This document shows positions 10,388 to 20,000 of a stretch of 62,927 nucleotides of DNA, piece after piece (the stretch's first letter is position 1; each line of letters starts with the position of its first letter). The DNA lies in IMG/VR virus record IMGVR_UViG_3300035187_002838, positions 1 through 62,927 of that record; one strand, written 5' to 3'. The notes beneath the pieces are model-generated. The model was not told where the DNA came from. It saw only the letters and a program-made list of their open reading frames with translations, and made no database searches. Position numbers and translations under genes: made by a program. This stretch comes from a virus (taxonomy: Duplodnaviria > Caudoviricetes).

Positions 10388-11818
10388 CAAAACATGGTGA
10401 CCTTTTACGGTGCTGGTGAAAAAACCAGCGGCCTAAATGTAGAAGGTAAACTGTCTAAGGTTTTAGATAAGCAAGAGAATGTTTTAGTGGTCAAGGCTTC
10501 TGAAAGAGATGTAGTTCTTAATGAGATTTCTGCAAGAATTGCAAGATACGAAAAATTTGATCCAGAAACTGCCGAGGAACTTCGACAATTACGACAAAAT
10601 GTCAGAGACATTTTTAATAAAGGCTTAGATCCTGGCGATGAAATTTTAGACCAGCTTTATTTTCTAGAACCTAAAACAAAAGAACTTGTAGAAAAGCTAT
10701 CTCAGTCGTACGAGAGAGTAGTTACACCTGATGATTTTAAAGCAATTGCTAGAATCATGAGTGAATACTTATCAGAGCAAGTCCCTATACTTAAAGATTT
10801 TACCAGGTATTTTGGCAGGCTAGCCGAAGATTATTTGGCAAATGCAAAACCTTCAGGCAGTAATTTTGACTGGGAATCCATTGCAAAAACACAGCTTGTC
10901 GGCACTAAGAAAAAAGGTTATGTGTTACCTGATAATATAAGCAGATTGTTAGGAATAAAAGCTGGAGAACCTGTTTCAGAAAAGATTCTTAAAAGATTCG
11001 GATTTTGGGAGCCTAATGGTAACTTAGCGCAGCTGATTTTTGGTGTAGACTCTCCTGAATACCGTAGGACTGGAGCTAAGTACTTTAAGACTGAAGTTGT
11101 TGTTCCAACAATTGATATTGAAAAAGGTGCTTTAGCTAAAGAAGTTTCCCTCAGTGGGTTTGAAGTTTTTAAGGCAAATAAATTACCTAAAAGCTGGACT
11201 AACGTTCCTTGGGTAAATTTTGATGGAAAAATTATTGAACAAAATTTTACACAGTCTTTTGAAGAACGGCTTGTTTATAAGGATAAATACGGTAACTGGA
11301 CTACTAATATACTTCAATTACCGCAGAAAACCGAGATATCGTGGGTAGATACGCTGATTAACAAGTCAGGAAAGATTAATGACATTGCTGATTTTACGCG
11401 TGCAAGAACAGCATTCGCAGTTAATGGCAATCACTCTAATGATGCTGTAATTGTTAAAAAGTTTCATCTTTGGGGCAAGAAAACAGGTGTTACAACTTCT
11501 ACTATTCATGATGCTTTCTTTACTAATGCCGCAGACATGCTTACTGCAAGGTCAGCCTTGAAAGAGATTTATGCAGATGTATTAGATAGGAATGTTATCA
11601 AGATGACTCTAGATGAAATGAAAGCCAGAGGCTTGCCTAAGGAGTTGTATGATAAGTATCTTGAAGAAGCTATCGAAAAAGGTTTAATACCTATTCCAGG
11701 AAAATCTAGAGTTGGTGATAAAATTTTAAATGAAAAAGACATACTGAATAGAAAAGATATTTTAAAGGAAATTCCTAAAGGCTTTTCCAATGACTATGGA
11801 TGGTACGGTGTTGGCTAA
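10388..11818 (+). CDS. exon 2 of MuF-RNA polymerase (rest of motif B, fingers, motif C); spliced product 1559 aa
   Basis: QNMVTFYGA completes R-x3-K-x7-YG; NGNHSNDA (T7 NFVHSQDG); motif C TIHDAF. Confidence 0.88.
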   Translation, partial: QNMVTFYGAGEKTSGLNVEGKLSKVLDKQENVLVVKASERDVVLNEISARIARYEKFDPETAEELRQLRQNVRDIFNKGLDPGDEILDQLYFLEPKTKELVEKLSQSYERVVTPDDFKAIARIMSEYLSEQVPILKDFTRYFGRLAEDYLANAKPSGSNFDWESIAKTQLVGTKKKGYVLPDNISRLLGIKAGEPVSEKILKRFGFWEPNGNLAQLIFGVDSPEYRRTGAKYFKTEVVVPTIDIEKGALAKEVSLSGFEVFKANKLPKSWTNVPWVNFDGKIIEQNFTQSFEERLVYKDKYGNWTTNILQLPQKTEISWVDTLINKSGKINDIADFTRARTAFAVNGNHSNDAVIVKKFHLWGKKTGVTTSTIHDAFFTNAADMLTARSALKEIYADVLDRNVIKMTLDEMKARGLPKELYDKYLEEAIEKGLIPIPGKSRVGDKILNEKDILNRKDILKEIPKGFSNDYGWYGVG

Positions 11819-11825
11819 GCCAAAT

Positions 11826-11841
11826 CCCGTTAGATTAACCC
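11826..11841 (+). promoter_or_regulatory. putative phage RNAP promoter, class B, CCCGTTAGATTAACCC
   Basis: One of four intergenic copies of CCCGTTARNTTAACCC; upstream of scaffold/capsid operon. Confidence 0.7.
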
Positions 11842-11923
11842 AGGTGAGAATCTCCACAGATAACATCTGATTTTAAAATAAAGATTGTATCTTTATTAAA
11901 TGAGTCGTACTCAAGGAAACAAA

Positions 11924-12607
11924 ATGTCAACTGATACAAATCAAGAAGATCAAAACAACGTCGATGACTCTTCATCTGACAAGAGCACAACCGAGACTAA
12001 CAAGGACACTGCAACAGGCTCAGCAGACCCTGTTGAGAAACTTATAGAATCACGTGTTCAAGAAGCTCTTAAGGATATTAAGCTAAAACTCGACAAAGCA
12101 TACAGCGTCAGAGATGAAGCTTTGCGCAAAGCTGCTGAGATTGAGCAAGCTAAGAAACAAGAAGAGATCAAGCGACTTCAAGAGGATGGTAAGCATAAAG
12201 AAGCACTTGAACTGCAACTTGCAGAAGAAAAGGCACAGAGAGCTGCATATGAAAAACGTGTCGTAGAACTAACACGCGACATGGACCTCAAAAATGCGCT
12301 AAGTACTTACTCTTTCAAAAATGAAAATGCCTTCAGTATGGCATATCGTGAAATTGTAGATCAACTCGCCCAAGATGACAAAGGAATTTGGAGACACAAA
12401 TCGGGTGTATCTCTTAAAGACTTTGTAAAGCAATTTGCAGATGATGAAAACAATGCTTTCTTGCTGAAACCTAAAGTATCTTCTGGTTCTGGCAGTTCGA
12501 CAACGAAGGTTAAAGATTCTTCGAGTGGTATGTCCGGAAAGTCTATTTTCGAATTACCGCAAGACGAAGTTTTGAAACTCGCTAGAGAAGGCAAATTGAG
12601 AAAATAA
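11924..12607 (+). CDS. capsid scaffolding protein
   Basis: Acidic N-terminus, long coiled coil, GSGS linker near C-terminus; directly upstream of capsid gene; AAGGA RBS before ATG 11924. Confidence 0.75.
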   Translation: MSTDTNQEDQNNVDDSSSDKSTTETNKDTATGSADPVEKLIESRVQEALKDIKLKLDKAYSVRDEALRKAAEIEQAKKQEEIKRLQEDGKHKEALELQLAEEKAQRAAYEKRVVELTRDMDLKNALSTYSFKNENAFSMAYREIVDQLAQDDKGIWRHKSGVSLKDFVKQFADDENNAFLLKPKVSSGSGSSTTKVKDSSSGMSGKSIFELPQDEVLKLAREGKLRK

Positions 12608-12633
12608 CCTTCCTAGCTATCTAGGATAATAAA

Positions 12634-13821
12634 ATGACTGTTCGTGTTAACGTTGCTGGTGCCGACAATTTTGTTCTTCAGGAAGCAATTAGCGCTTACT
12701 CTGACGAAGCATATACCACAGCTAGAAAGCTTTCTGGTACTGGTATTGTTGGTTCCAATCCCCTTATTGATACTTCAACCGAAACTTTCGTCGGTCAAGT
12801 CCGTTGGTACAAGCCGCTGAATCCTACCATTAACGTTGCATCCTTAACGGACTCGACGGATGGTACAGGTACTTCTTACAGCTCTGAGTATGTTAACTAT
12901 GTTAAGACTGTGCGTACGCATGGTGCTAACAAAGTCAATATGCAACAAGTTGTCACGCAAGTGGACGGCCTTGCCAAGATCGGTCGTGACTTTGGTGAAA
13001 CAAAAGCTCAAGATGAGCACAATGCAGTGCTGTCTGTGCTGCGTGGTGTTGCTATTTCTGAAGCACTTAATGGTTGTGCTGCAGGTTCTGGCAACACAGG
13101 TCTTGGCGGTCAAACTTTTGATAACGATCCGACCAATAAGCGTTATGGTTTCTATGTAGACCTCGGCGCAAACAAGCCTATTGTTGATGCAACCGCTGCT
13201 GTTCAAGGTGCTGCAAGAGCTGAAGGTTTCTTGAGAGCCTTTGGCATGGCTTATAAGGACTATGAGCCTGACTATGCTTATCTTGTCTGCTCTCCTGAAA
13301 TCGTGGCTTCTTTGCGTTCTGCGAATCTGGTTGATAGCACTACCGTTGTCGATGGTAATATTACTTTCAACACAATCTTCCAAGGTAAGTTCCGTCTGAT
13401 TCAGACTCGTGCTTCCCAAGGTTTTAGCACAGCTGAGCTGACAAAACTCAATACTGGCGCTGGTGTTGATATTGTCGGTACTAAGACTTCCTTTATTGTT
13501 CTTCCTGGTGCACTGGCTATGGAACCTCTTGCTGTTCCTGACAGTGTTGAAATTGAGCGTAAAGCTGCTGCTTATAAAGGTGGTGGTACTACCGCTGTGT
13601 GGTATCGTTGGGGCTATGTTGTGCATCCTGCCGGCTACAATTGGGCTGGTTCGCAAGACGCTTTCCCTTCTGATACAGACTATGTTAGCGTCTTGGAAGG
13701 CACTACCCAGAAGGCTCTGGCAAGTGTCGCTTCTGGTACGTTGGCATCAACTGGCGGTGTATGGGCACGTAAAGCTAGCTCTGCGCTTAGCTTGGGTATT
13801 CTGCCTGTGTTCCATGCCTAA
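12634..13821 (+). CDS. major capsid protein
   Basis: 395 aa after scaffold; C-terminal IERKAAAYKGGGTTAVWYRWGYVVHPAGYNW typical of siphovirus coat proteins. Confidence 0.82.
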   Translation: MTVRVNVAGADNFVLQEAISAYSDEAYTTARKLSGTGIVGSNPLIDTSTETFVGQVRWYKPLNPTINVASLTDSTDGTGTSYSSEYVNYVKTVRTHGANKVNMQQVVTQVDGLAKIGRDFGETKAQDEHNAVLSVLRGVAISEALNGCAAGSGNTGLGGQTFDNDPTNKRYGFYVDLGANKPIVDATAAVQGAARAEGFLRAFGMAYKDYEPDYAYLVCSPEIVASLRSANLVDSTTVVDGNITFNTIFQGKFRLIQTRASQGFSTAELTKLNTGAGVDIVGTKTSFIVLPGALAMEPLAVPDSVEIERKAAAYKGGGTTAVWYRWGYVVHPAGYNWAGSQDAFPSDTDYVSVLEGTTQKALASVASGTLASTGGVWARKASSALSLGILPVFHA

Positions 13822-13839
13822 TAACTAAGGAGAACACTT

Positions 13840-14319
13840 ATGGCTCTCGTTAAAAACGTAAACTCATATGCAACTGTAGAAGAAGCTAACACCTATTTTG
13901 CAGACCGCATAGACGTTGCTGCTTGGACGAATGCCGTTCCTGATCAAAGAGCACAAGCGTTAGTAACTGCTACAGGTTTGCTTGATGCTTTAGATTGGAT
14001 AGGCTATGCCGTAAGTGATTCTCAATCTCTTGCTTTTCCAAGATTCGGAGTCTATTTTGACCCACGTTTAGGTAAAGAAGTAATTCTTTCAGAAACTACA
14101 GTTCCAGATAGAGTTTTAAAAGCTGTTTATGAGTTGTCTTATCACTTGCTAAATAATGATGGCTTATTAGATGATACAGGGTCTGTTAAAGATCTTTCTG
14201 TTGGTAGTATTAAATTAACACTTGTTAAGAGTGCAAACAAACTGCCAGTAGTAGTTAGAAATTTGGTTAAACCGTTAAGAGTTAATGGTGGCTTAAATCT
14301 TTGGTGGAGAGCTAACTAA
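13840..14319 (+). CDS. head-tail adaptor (DnaT-like family)
   Basis: NSYATVEEANTYF...QALVTAT..LD...QSLAFPR signature; follows capsid gene. Confidence 0.75.
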   Translation: MALVKNVNSYATVEEANTYFADRIDVAAWTNAVPDQRAQALVTATGLLDALDWIGYAVSDSQSLAFPRFGVYFDPRLGKEVILSETTVPDRVLKAVYELSYHLLNNDGLLDDTGSVKDLSVGSIKLTLVKSANKLPVVVRNLVKPLRVNGGLNLWWRAN

Positions 14320-14672
14320 TGAGCTACAAAAACCTTGTGGACAATAGTTTAAAGTTAGCATTTAATTCTGTAAAAGACCTAGCCAAAGAAGCAACTCTTA
14401 CAAAGAAAACGAATCCAACGTTTAACTTTGGAACGGGAGAGTCCGAATTTCAATCTACACAAAATGTATCAACTAAAATAGTAGTTTCGCAGTATTTGAA
14501 AAATTCTAAAGATCGGAATTCTATCAAGTGCGAAATATTACTTAAAGCTAATGAAGTTGGTGATTTGAACAATTATTCAACAATTTCCTTTGACTCTAAT
14601 ACTTGGAACTTTGCAGATATTCAAAAGAATGATGGTTTTATCTTGATTGCTAATGTTTATAGAGAGGCCTAA
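14319..14672 (+). CDS. putative head closure protein
   Basis: 117 aa, beta-rich, syntenic position. Confidence 0.5.
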   Translation: MSYKNLVDNSLKLAFNSVKDLAKEATLTKKTNPTFNFGTGESEFQSTQNVSTKIVVSQYLKNSKDRNSIKCEILLKANEVGDLNNYSTISFDSNTWNFADIQKNDGFILIANVYREA

Positions 14673-15080
14673 ATGGGAAAATACTCAAATGTACAAGATG
14701 ACATTTTCTCAATATTCAATAGCACTTCTTGGAAAGCAGAAAATATAAAAACATTTCCAAATAACTTTGTAGCAGTTATGCCTGGAAATGAATTTATAAG
14801 AGTATCAGTTATTAGCAGGAATGTCGGCATCAATATTGAATCCGTATCTGGCATATTAATGATAGACATATTTACATCTGCTGGAAATGGCCCCAAGCGC
14901 GCTAATCTAATTGCAGATAAGTTAGACCAATACCTTGTAGGAAAAAGTGTCTCCACTCTTACTGGCAGTACAACTCAATTTATGAGTAGTGCGTTAGATT
15001 TTAGAGGGATAGACACTTCAGATCCCGCTTTGTCAAAGTCTAACTACTCCGTTCCGTTCAATTACTTTAGGAAACAATAA
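14673..15080 (+). CDS. putative tail terminator protein
   Basis: GILMIDIFTSAGNGPKRANLIADKL pattern; immediately before tail tube. Confidence 0.6.
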   Translation: MGKYSNVQDDIFSIFNSTSWKAENIKTFPNNFVAVMPGNEFIRVSVISRNVGINIESVSGILMIDIFTSAGNGPKRANLIADKLDQYLVGKSVSTLTGSTTQFMSSALDFRGIDTSDPALSKSNYSVPFNYFRKQ

Positions 15081-15661
15081 TGGCTCACATTTCTTCGATC
15101 GGCGCTGGTTTGTACTCAGATCTTTCTGTTGCAATTGACGCAACAGATATCGCTACAGCTTTCGCTAATCCCACTGAAGCTAATTTAAAGGCAGCTTTTG
15201 CAGTTGCACTTAACAACGGCTCAGCTCCTACTGCTACTGCCGGTGAATTTATTCGTATCAGAAACGTTAGAGAATTCCCTGCAATGGGCACTCCTCCTAA
15301 CGTGGTCAACGTTGCTGTTTATGGCCAAAAGTCGTCTCAGCAAATTCAAGGTCAATCTGATGCACCTTCTATCGAAATTACCTTGAACTACATTGGTTCT
15401 GATTGGCAAAAGGCTGCTAACTTCTTGGGCACCATGGTGGGTGACGGTACTCGCCGTCTGTTCCGCTTTACTTTGCTCAATTCTGAACCTTCTGGTGGCT
15501 ACGCGGGCACAGTGACTGGTTTAGGTACGACTGAGAACAGCCAATATTACTGGTTCGGTAAGATGGAAGCTCTGCTTGTGAATCCTCAGCTTACAGATGC
15601 AAATACTGCGACGCTGACAATCACTGTGCAATCTGACTTCTACGGCGCCTTTACTATTTAA
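15080..15661 (+). CDS. major tail tube protein
   Basis: 193 aa; REFPAMGTPPNVVNVAVYGQKSSQQIQGQSDAPSIEITLNY typical of siphovirus tube proteins. Confidence 0.78.
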   Translation: MAHISSIGAGLYSDLSVAIDATDIATAFANPTEANLKAAFAVALNNGSAPTATAGEFIRIRNVREFPAMGTPPNVVNVAVYGQKSSQQIQGQSDAPSIEITLNYIGSDWQKAANFLGTMVGDGTRRLFRFTLLNSEPSGGYAGTVTGLGTTENSQYYWFGKMEALLVNPQLTDANTATLTITVQSDFYGAFTI

Positions 15662-15756
15662 TTAACGTTAGGGAGTATTCCTTGGTGAAGAATACTTAAA
15701 CAATCCGCACTAACACGTATTGCTCGTGCAGGATGTCCCTACTACGACAGAAATAT

Positions 15757-15993
15757 ATGGCACAAGAATATGAAAAGCCGTTTAGCATGGGCTACGTATT
15801 ACGTACCACTGCCAAACACATGAGGAAAAGTATTGATATCAGCATCAGAAAAACATTCGAACGTGTTTCTGAGTTTAGTAGCAATCAAGAGAAGTCGCAA
15901 GAAGTTTTCAAAACACTTGCATTTTTACATACAATGAGGAAGCAATTAGATGACTTCCAACATCAAAATTCCCAAGATTTCAAAGGAGAATAA
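15757..15993 (+). CDS. hypothetical protein
   Basis: MAQEYEKPF... within track ORF 15733..15993; between tube and chaperone. Confidence 0.55.
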   Translation: MAQEYEKPFSMGYVLRTTAKHMRKSIDISIRKTFERVSEFSSNQEKSQEVFKTLAFLHTMRKQLDDFQHQNSQDFKGE

Positions 15994-15994
15994 T

Positions 15995-16300
15995 ATGGCA
16001 GAAGGTATTCGCGGTCTTGTTGGCCGTAAGATGACAAAGACAGTTAAGTTTATGAATGAAGACGTTAAGATTTCAAAGCTTAGCGTTTCTGAGGTAATGG
16101 AAGTCCAAGAACTTGCTAAAAAGATTGAAAGCAACGAATCTGAAGGCTTTAACGCTCTTAAAACAATCATCAGAGCTGGTGTTGAAGGCGGCAAAGACCT
16201 GGACGATCAAGCTTTTGAGAATTTCCCGCTTGACGAACTTTCAAAACTTTCTTCTGAAATCATGAAGTATTCTGGGATTGGCCAAGATACGGGAAAATAA
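15995..16300 (+). CDS. tail assembly chaperone (lambda gpG-like)
   Basis: AAGGAG RBS; ends at slippery G GGA AAA immediately before TAA. Confidence 0.75.
   Translation: MAEGIRGLVGRKMTKTVKFMNEDVKISKLSVSEVMEVQELAKKIESNESEGFNALKTIIRAGVEGGKDLDDQAFENFPLDELSKLSSEIMKYSGIGQDTGK
16291..16297 (+). other. programmed -1 frameshift site GGGAAAA
   Basis: X XXY YYZ heptamer; the -1 frame reads GGG AAA ATA AAT CTT... in frame with ORF 16318..16635. Confidence 0.85.
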
Positions 16301-16635
16301 ATCTTTCAGATGAAGAGTTGCTTATTTATGAAATAGCTTTTCATCTGAAACTACCATTATATGAATTGTTAGATAAAATGCCCTACACAGAGTTGCTAGG
16401 GTGGTCTAATTACTTTGATAGAAGACCTGTTGGTTGGCGAGAAGATAATCGCGCATATCAACTTATGCGAGCGCAGGGTGTCAAAGAAAAGCCAGAAGCA
16501 ATCTTTGAATCACTTGCTGCAATCCGAAGAAATAGCAATTCTCAAACAGAACCTGATAGAATTTCTAATACGTTTAAGAATTCTTATTTGTATCAAAAGC
16601 TAATGACAGCAAAAGCTGGAGAGAAAGTATCATGA
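16297..16635 (+). CDS. frameshift extension of tail chaperone (gpGT-like)
   Basis: MPYTELLGWSNYF motif; reached by the -1 shift. Confidence 0.72.
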   Translation: MNLSDEELLIYEIAFHLKLPLYELLDKMPYTELLGWSNYFDRRPVGWREDNRAYQLMRAQGVKEKPEAIFESLAAIRRNSNSQTEPDRISNTFKNSYLYQKLMTAKAGEKVS

Positions 16636-16940
16636 TAAAAGTTTCTAATGTCCAAAAGACAATTCAAAGGCTTAAAATTGATTTTGAAAAAGAAACACTT
16701 AAACGTGTTGGAGATAAAACTAAAAGTGTTGTAGAAGCCTTGAAACTGGCCACTCCTGTTGATACAGGAGAAGCTCGTGATGGCTGGAGAATTGAAGGAA
16801 AAAGTATAGTTAATGATGTAAGTCATATTTCGCAACTTAACGAAGGGTCTTCTACACAAGCCCCTAGTAATTTTGTAGAGAAAACTGTTTTATCACAAGA
16901 GGGTGTTCGCCCTAGTGGTACAATTGTGGTGTATAAGTAA
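16632..16940 (+). CDS. HK97 gp10-like tail completion protein
   Basis: TPVDTGEARDGW and LNEGSSTQAPSNFVE motifs. Confidence 0.75.
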   Translation: MIKVSNVQKTIQRLKIDFEKETLKRVGDKTKSVVEALKLATPVDTGEARDGWRIEGKSIVNDVSHISQLNEGSSTQAPSNFVEKTVLSQEGVRPSGTIVVYK

Positions 16941-16946
16941 TCACCG

Positions 16947-16989
16947 ATCCCCGCTAGAGTAGATTTAGTCTGCTTAGCGGGGATTTTTT
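16947..16989 (+). terminator. intrinsic terminator/attenuator before the tape measure gene
   Basis: ATCCCCGCTA...TAGCGGGGAT stem followed by T-run. Confidence 0.6.
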
Positions 16990-17000
16990 ATGAGGTCCTT

Positions 17001-20000
17001 ATGTCTGGAATTCAAATAGATGTAAATGCAAGGACTTCGAAATCCGAACAAGACCTTGCAAAAATAAATCAATCGCTCAAAAGTATTGAGCAAAGTACAA
17101 CCAGTGCATCCAGAGCATTATCGTCTACCTTTATCGGATTAGGTACAGCTTTAGTTACTGGCGGTGCATTAGTATCACTTAGAAACATCTCTACTGAATT
17201 TACCAATCTTGAAAACAAGATAGCATTGGTAACTGGTAGAACAGAGCAGCTAGTTATAACACAAACTCGGCTTTTCAAAATTGCTGAAGAAACCCGTGGC
17301 AGCCTTGCTGGGACTGTCACTGTATTTTCTAGCTTTGGAAGAGCTCTTAGAGATGCGGGCGCTTCTACTGAAAATATCCTTAAAGCTACAAAGACCGTTC
17401 AACAGTCTATTGCTATTTCAGGCTCTAGTGCAGAGTCTGCTGCCGCAGCTTTAGTCCAGTTAGGGCAGGGTTTATCTTCAGGTGTTTTAAGAGGCGAAGA
17501 ATTAAACTCAGTTTTAGAGCAAACACCTAGACTTGCTCAAGCTATTGCCGATGAGCTTAAGGTAAACTTAGGTCAATTAAGACGCTTAGGCGCAGAAGGC
17601 CAACTTGTAAGCGACGTTGTGTTTAAGGCGCTTTTAAACCAGTCGCAAAAGATCAACAAAGAATTCCAAGTACTTGCTCCGACATTCCAACAAGCAAGTA
17701 ATGCTTTAACAGATTCTATAAAGATTTATGTAAATGAACTTGATAAAGGCTTAGGTGTTTCAACGACACTAGGTAAGCTTACATTTAGTCTAGCTAAATC
17801 AATAAAAGGCGCCTCTGATAACGCATTTGAGCTTGGAAACAATATTAGAATTGCATTCAACCGAAACAAGACAACTGCGTTATCGGTGATACAACCTATT
17901 GGCAGATCGCTTGTAGAGCTGTCAAAACAATTTCTACAGATTGTACCGGGACTCAATTTAACAAGAACTCTTAAAGGTGATTTTAGAGAAGCACTTCGAT
18001 TCATTGATAAAGAATTTCTTGGCGGTTTGATAACCAGATTTAATCAGTTTAAGTTTATTGATCTGATCTCTGTAGAATCAAATGTCGAAAAAGCTATAAG
18101 AAAACTTAAGCGACTAAGCCCGACTTATTGGGCCGCTAGTGGTTTTGATGTTAAGACAATTCAACAAGTTTTAAGTACAGAAAATATAAGGTTATATGGC
18201 GCAGCTTTTACTGAACTTGCAGATGCCTTAAAAGGAAATACAGAAGGTATTGGAAACGCTTTTACAAACTTAGCTCGAAAAGTTGACTTTTCATTTAAGG
18301 CAATTTCAAGGTATTTAGGCTTTCGTGTTGACACTATAATTGCTTTTTCACGAGGTCAATTAGATACGTTCTTTGTAACACTCTCAGAAATTGTTCGCGG
18401 TATTACGGGTGTTAGGATAAAATTCTTTGAACTTAAAAGTTTATTTATTAATGTTGCGCAGCCAGGTATAGAAGCTTTTGCAGATGCTGTAATAGACTCA
18501 TTCAACGCTCTACCAGAAGGGTTTTTAAACTTTGTAGATAATGTTGCAAAAGGTTCTGTAAGACTCATTCAAATTGTTGGACAAATAACAAGAGAACTTT
18601 TGTTCACAGAATTAAATATTAACTACAAAGAAGTTTTAGACACCATCTTAAATTACATTACAAGTTTTTCTGATTCTGTCGCAAATCTTTTAAGCTTTGA
18701 TAGTTCTTTAGATAAACTTCAAAACTTTGGAAATAAAGTTATTGAAATTTTTAGAGAAATTTATGATAAAGTTATTGGAAATTCGTGGTGGACGGATACA
18801 ATAAATAACGTAATTCAAACTTCAGAAACACTTTGGGATAGAACATCTAACGGGCTAAGTCGTTTTAAGAAAAATGTAATTGGTGTTTTTAAGGATATTT
18901 TTACAAACAAAACATCTTTTGATTTTGAAATTAGCAAAAAGGTTTCATTTGATGACGTATTTGGTGGCCTTACAGCCGACGGTCTTGTAAAAACCTTTGA
19001 TGTTGTTGTTGAAAAAGCTACAAAGGTATTTGAGAAATTTTTCGAAACATTTCCAAATCTTGCAAAGGTAGCTTTGACAGGTATTGCTGGCGCACTAGTG
19101 TACAGTTTATTTCCGCCTTCTGTATTAAAAACTATAATTTTAACAAGTATTGTAAGCAGTCTTGCAACCAATTCAACACTCCTTGCAGAAAAATTCGGCG
19201 CTGCTATGACAGGAGGTAGTTTTGCTTCTACTCTTGGATATGCCATAGGTCGTGGTGCGGGATTTTTTATTAGTAACTTTATTAGAGACATTCCTCAAAT
19301 TTTAAATACAATTGGCGGTTTCGTTTCATCTCTTTTTAGAGGTATTACAGAGCAATTGCCAATAATTGGAAGTGCAATATCATTTATATTTTCGTTAGCA
19401 TCTGCAGTAGGGGCTGCAGGACCTTTAGGCATTATTGGAACTTATTTACTCGGCAAGAATTTAAATGTGTTTTCTTTAATTGCAAAGATTGAACCTATAA
19501 AAGGTCTTTTAGAATTCTTCGATCTTAAACTCGGAAAAGATGACGACAAAAAGAAGAATAAAAGCCCAGGTGTGACAGGCGCTATTTTTAGCTATCTGTT
19601 TGGAAACTTTGGTAAAGAGCGCACTATTGCTAGTATCTTAGGTGTTTTAGATCTTTTAGGTACTTTTGAATCCTTATTTGCAAATTCACCACTAACGCAA
19701 ATGGCTGCCAGAGGCGGTATCTTAGCCACTATTTTGTATGGCGAAGAAGCTACTACAATGTTTAAAAACGGTTTTACCAAATTTGTTGCAAAACCTCTCG
19801 GAGATGCTTTAAGGAAATTTTCAGAAACTAAGGGTGGTGGCATTAAGACTATTTACGATATTATTTTTGGATCCGGCGATCCCCTCGCATTACCGTCTAC
19901 GTTTGCTGAAAGAATTTCTCTTGTACTTAGACCGCTAATTGACAAAGTTACAGCAAATATTGTAGACTATGCATCGCCTAAGTTGAAAGCTGGCTATGAT

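Noticed and set aside
10394-11818. Independent gene or natural two-subunit RNAP like N4 RNAPII
   Set aside because: No RBS before ATG 10394; the break is inside motif B and is exactly bridged by a group I intron with P1/P10 support
12844-13656. 270-aa minus-strand ORF
   Set aside because: Antisense shadow of the capsid gene; no recognisable motif
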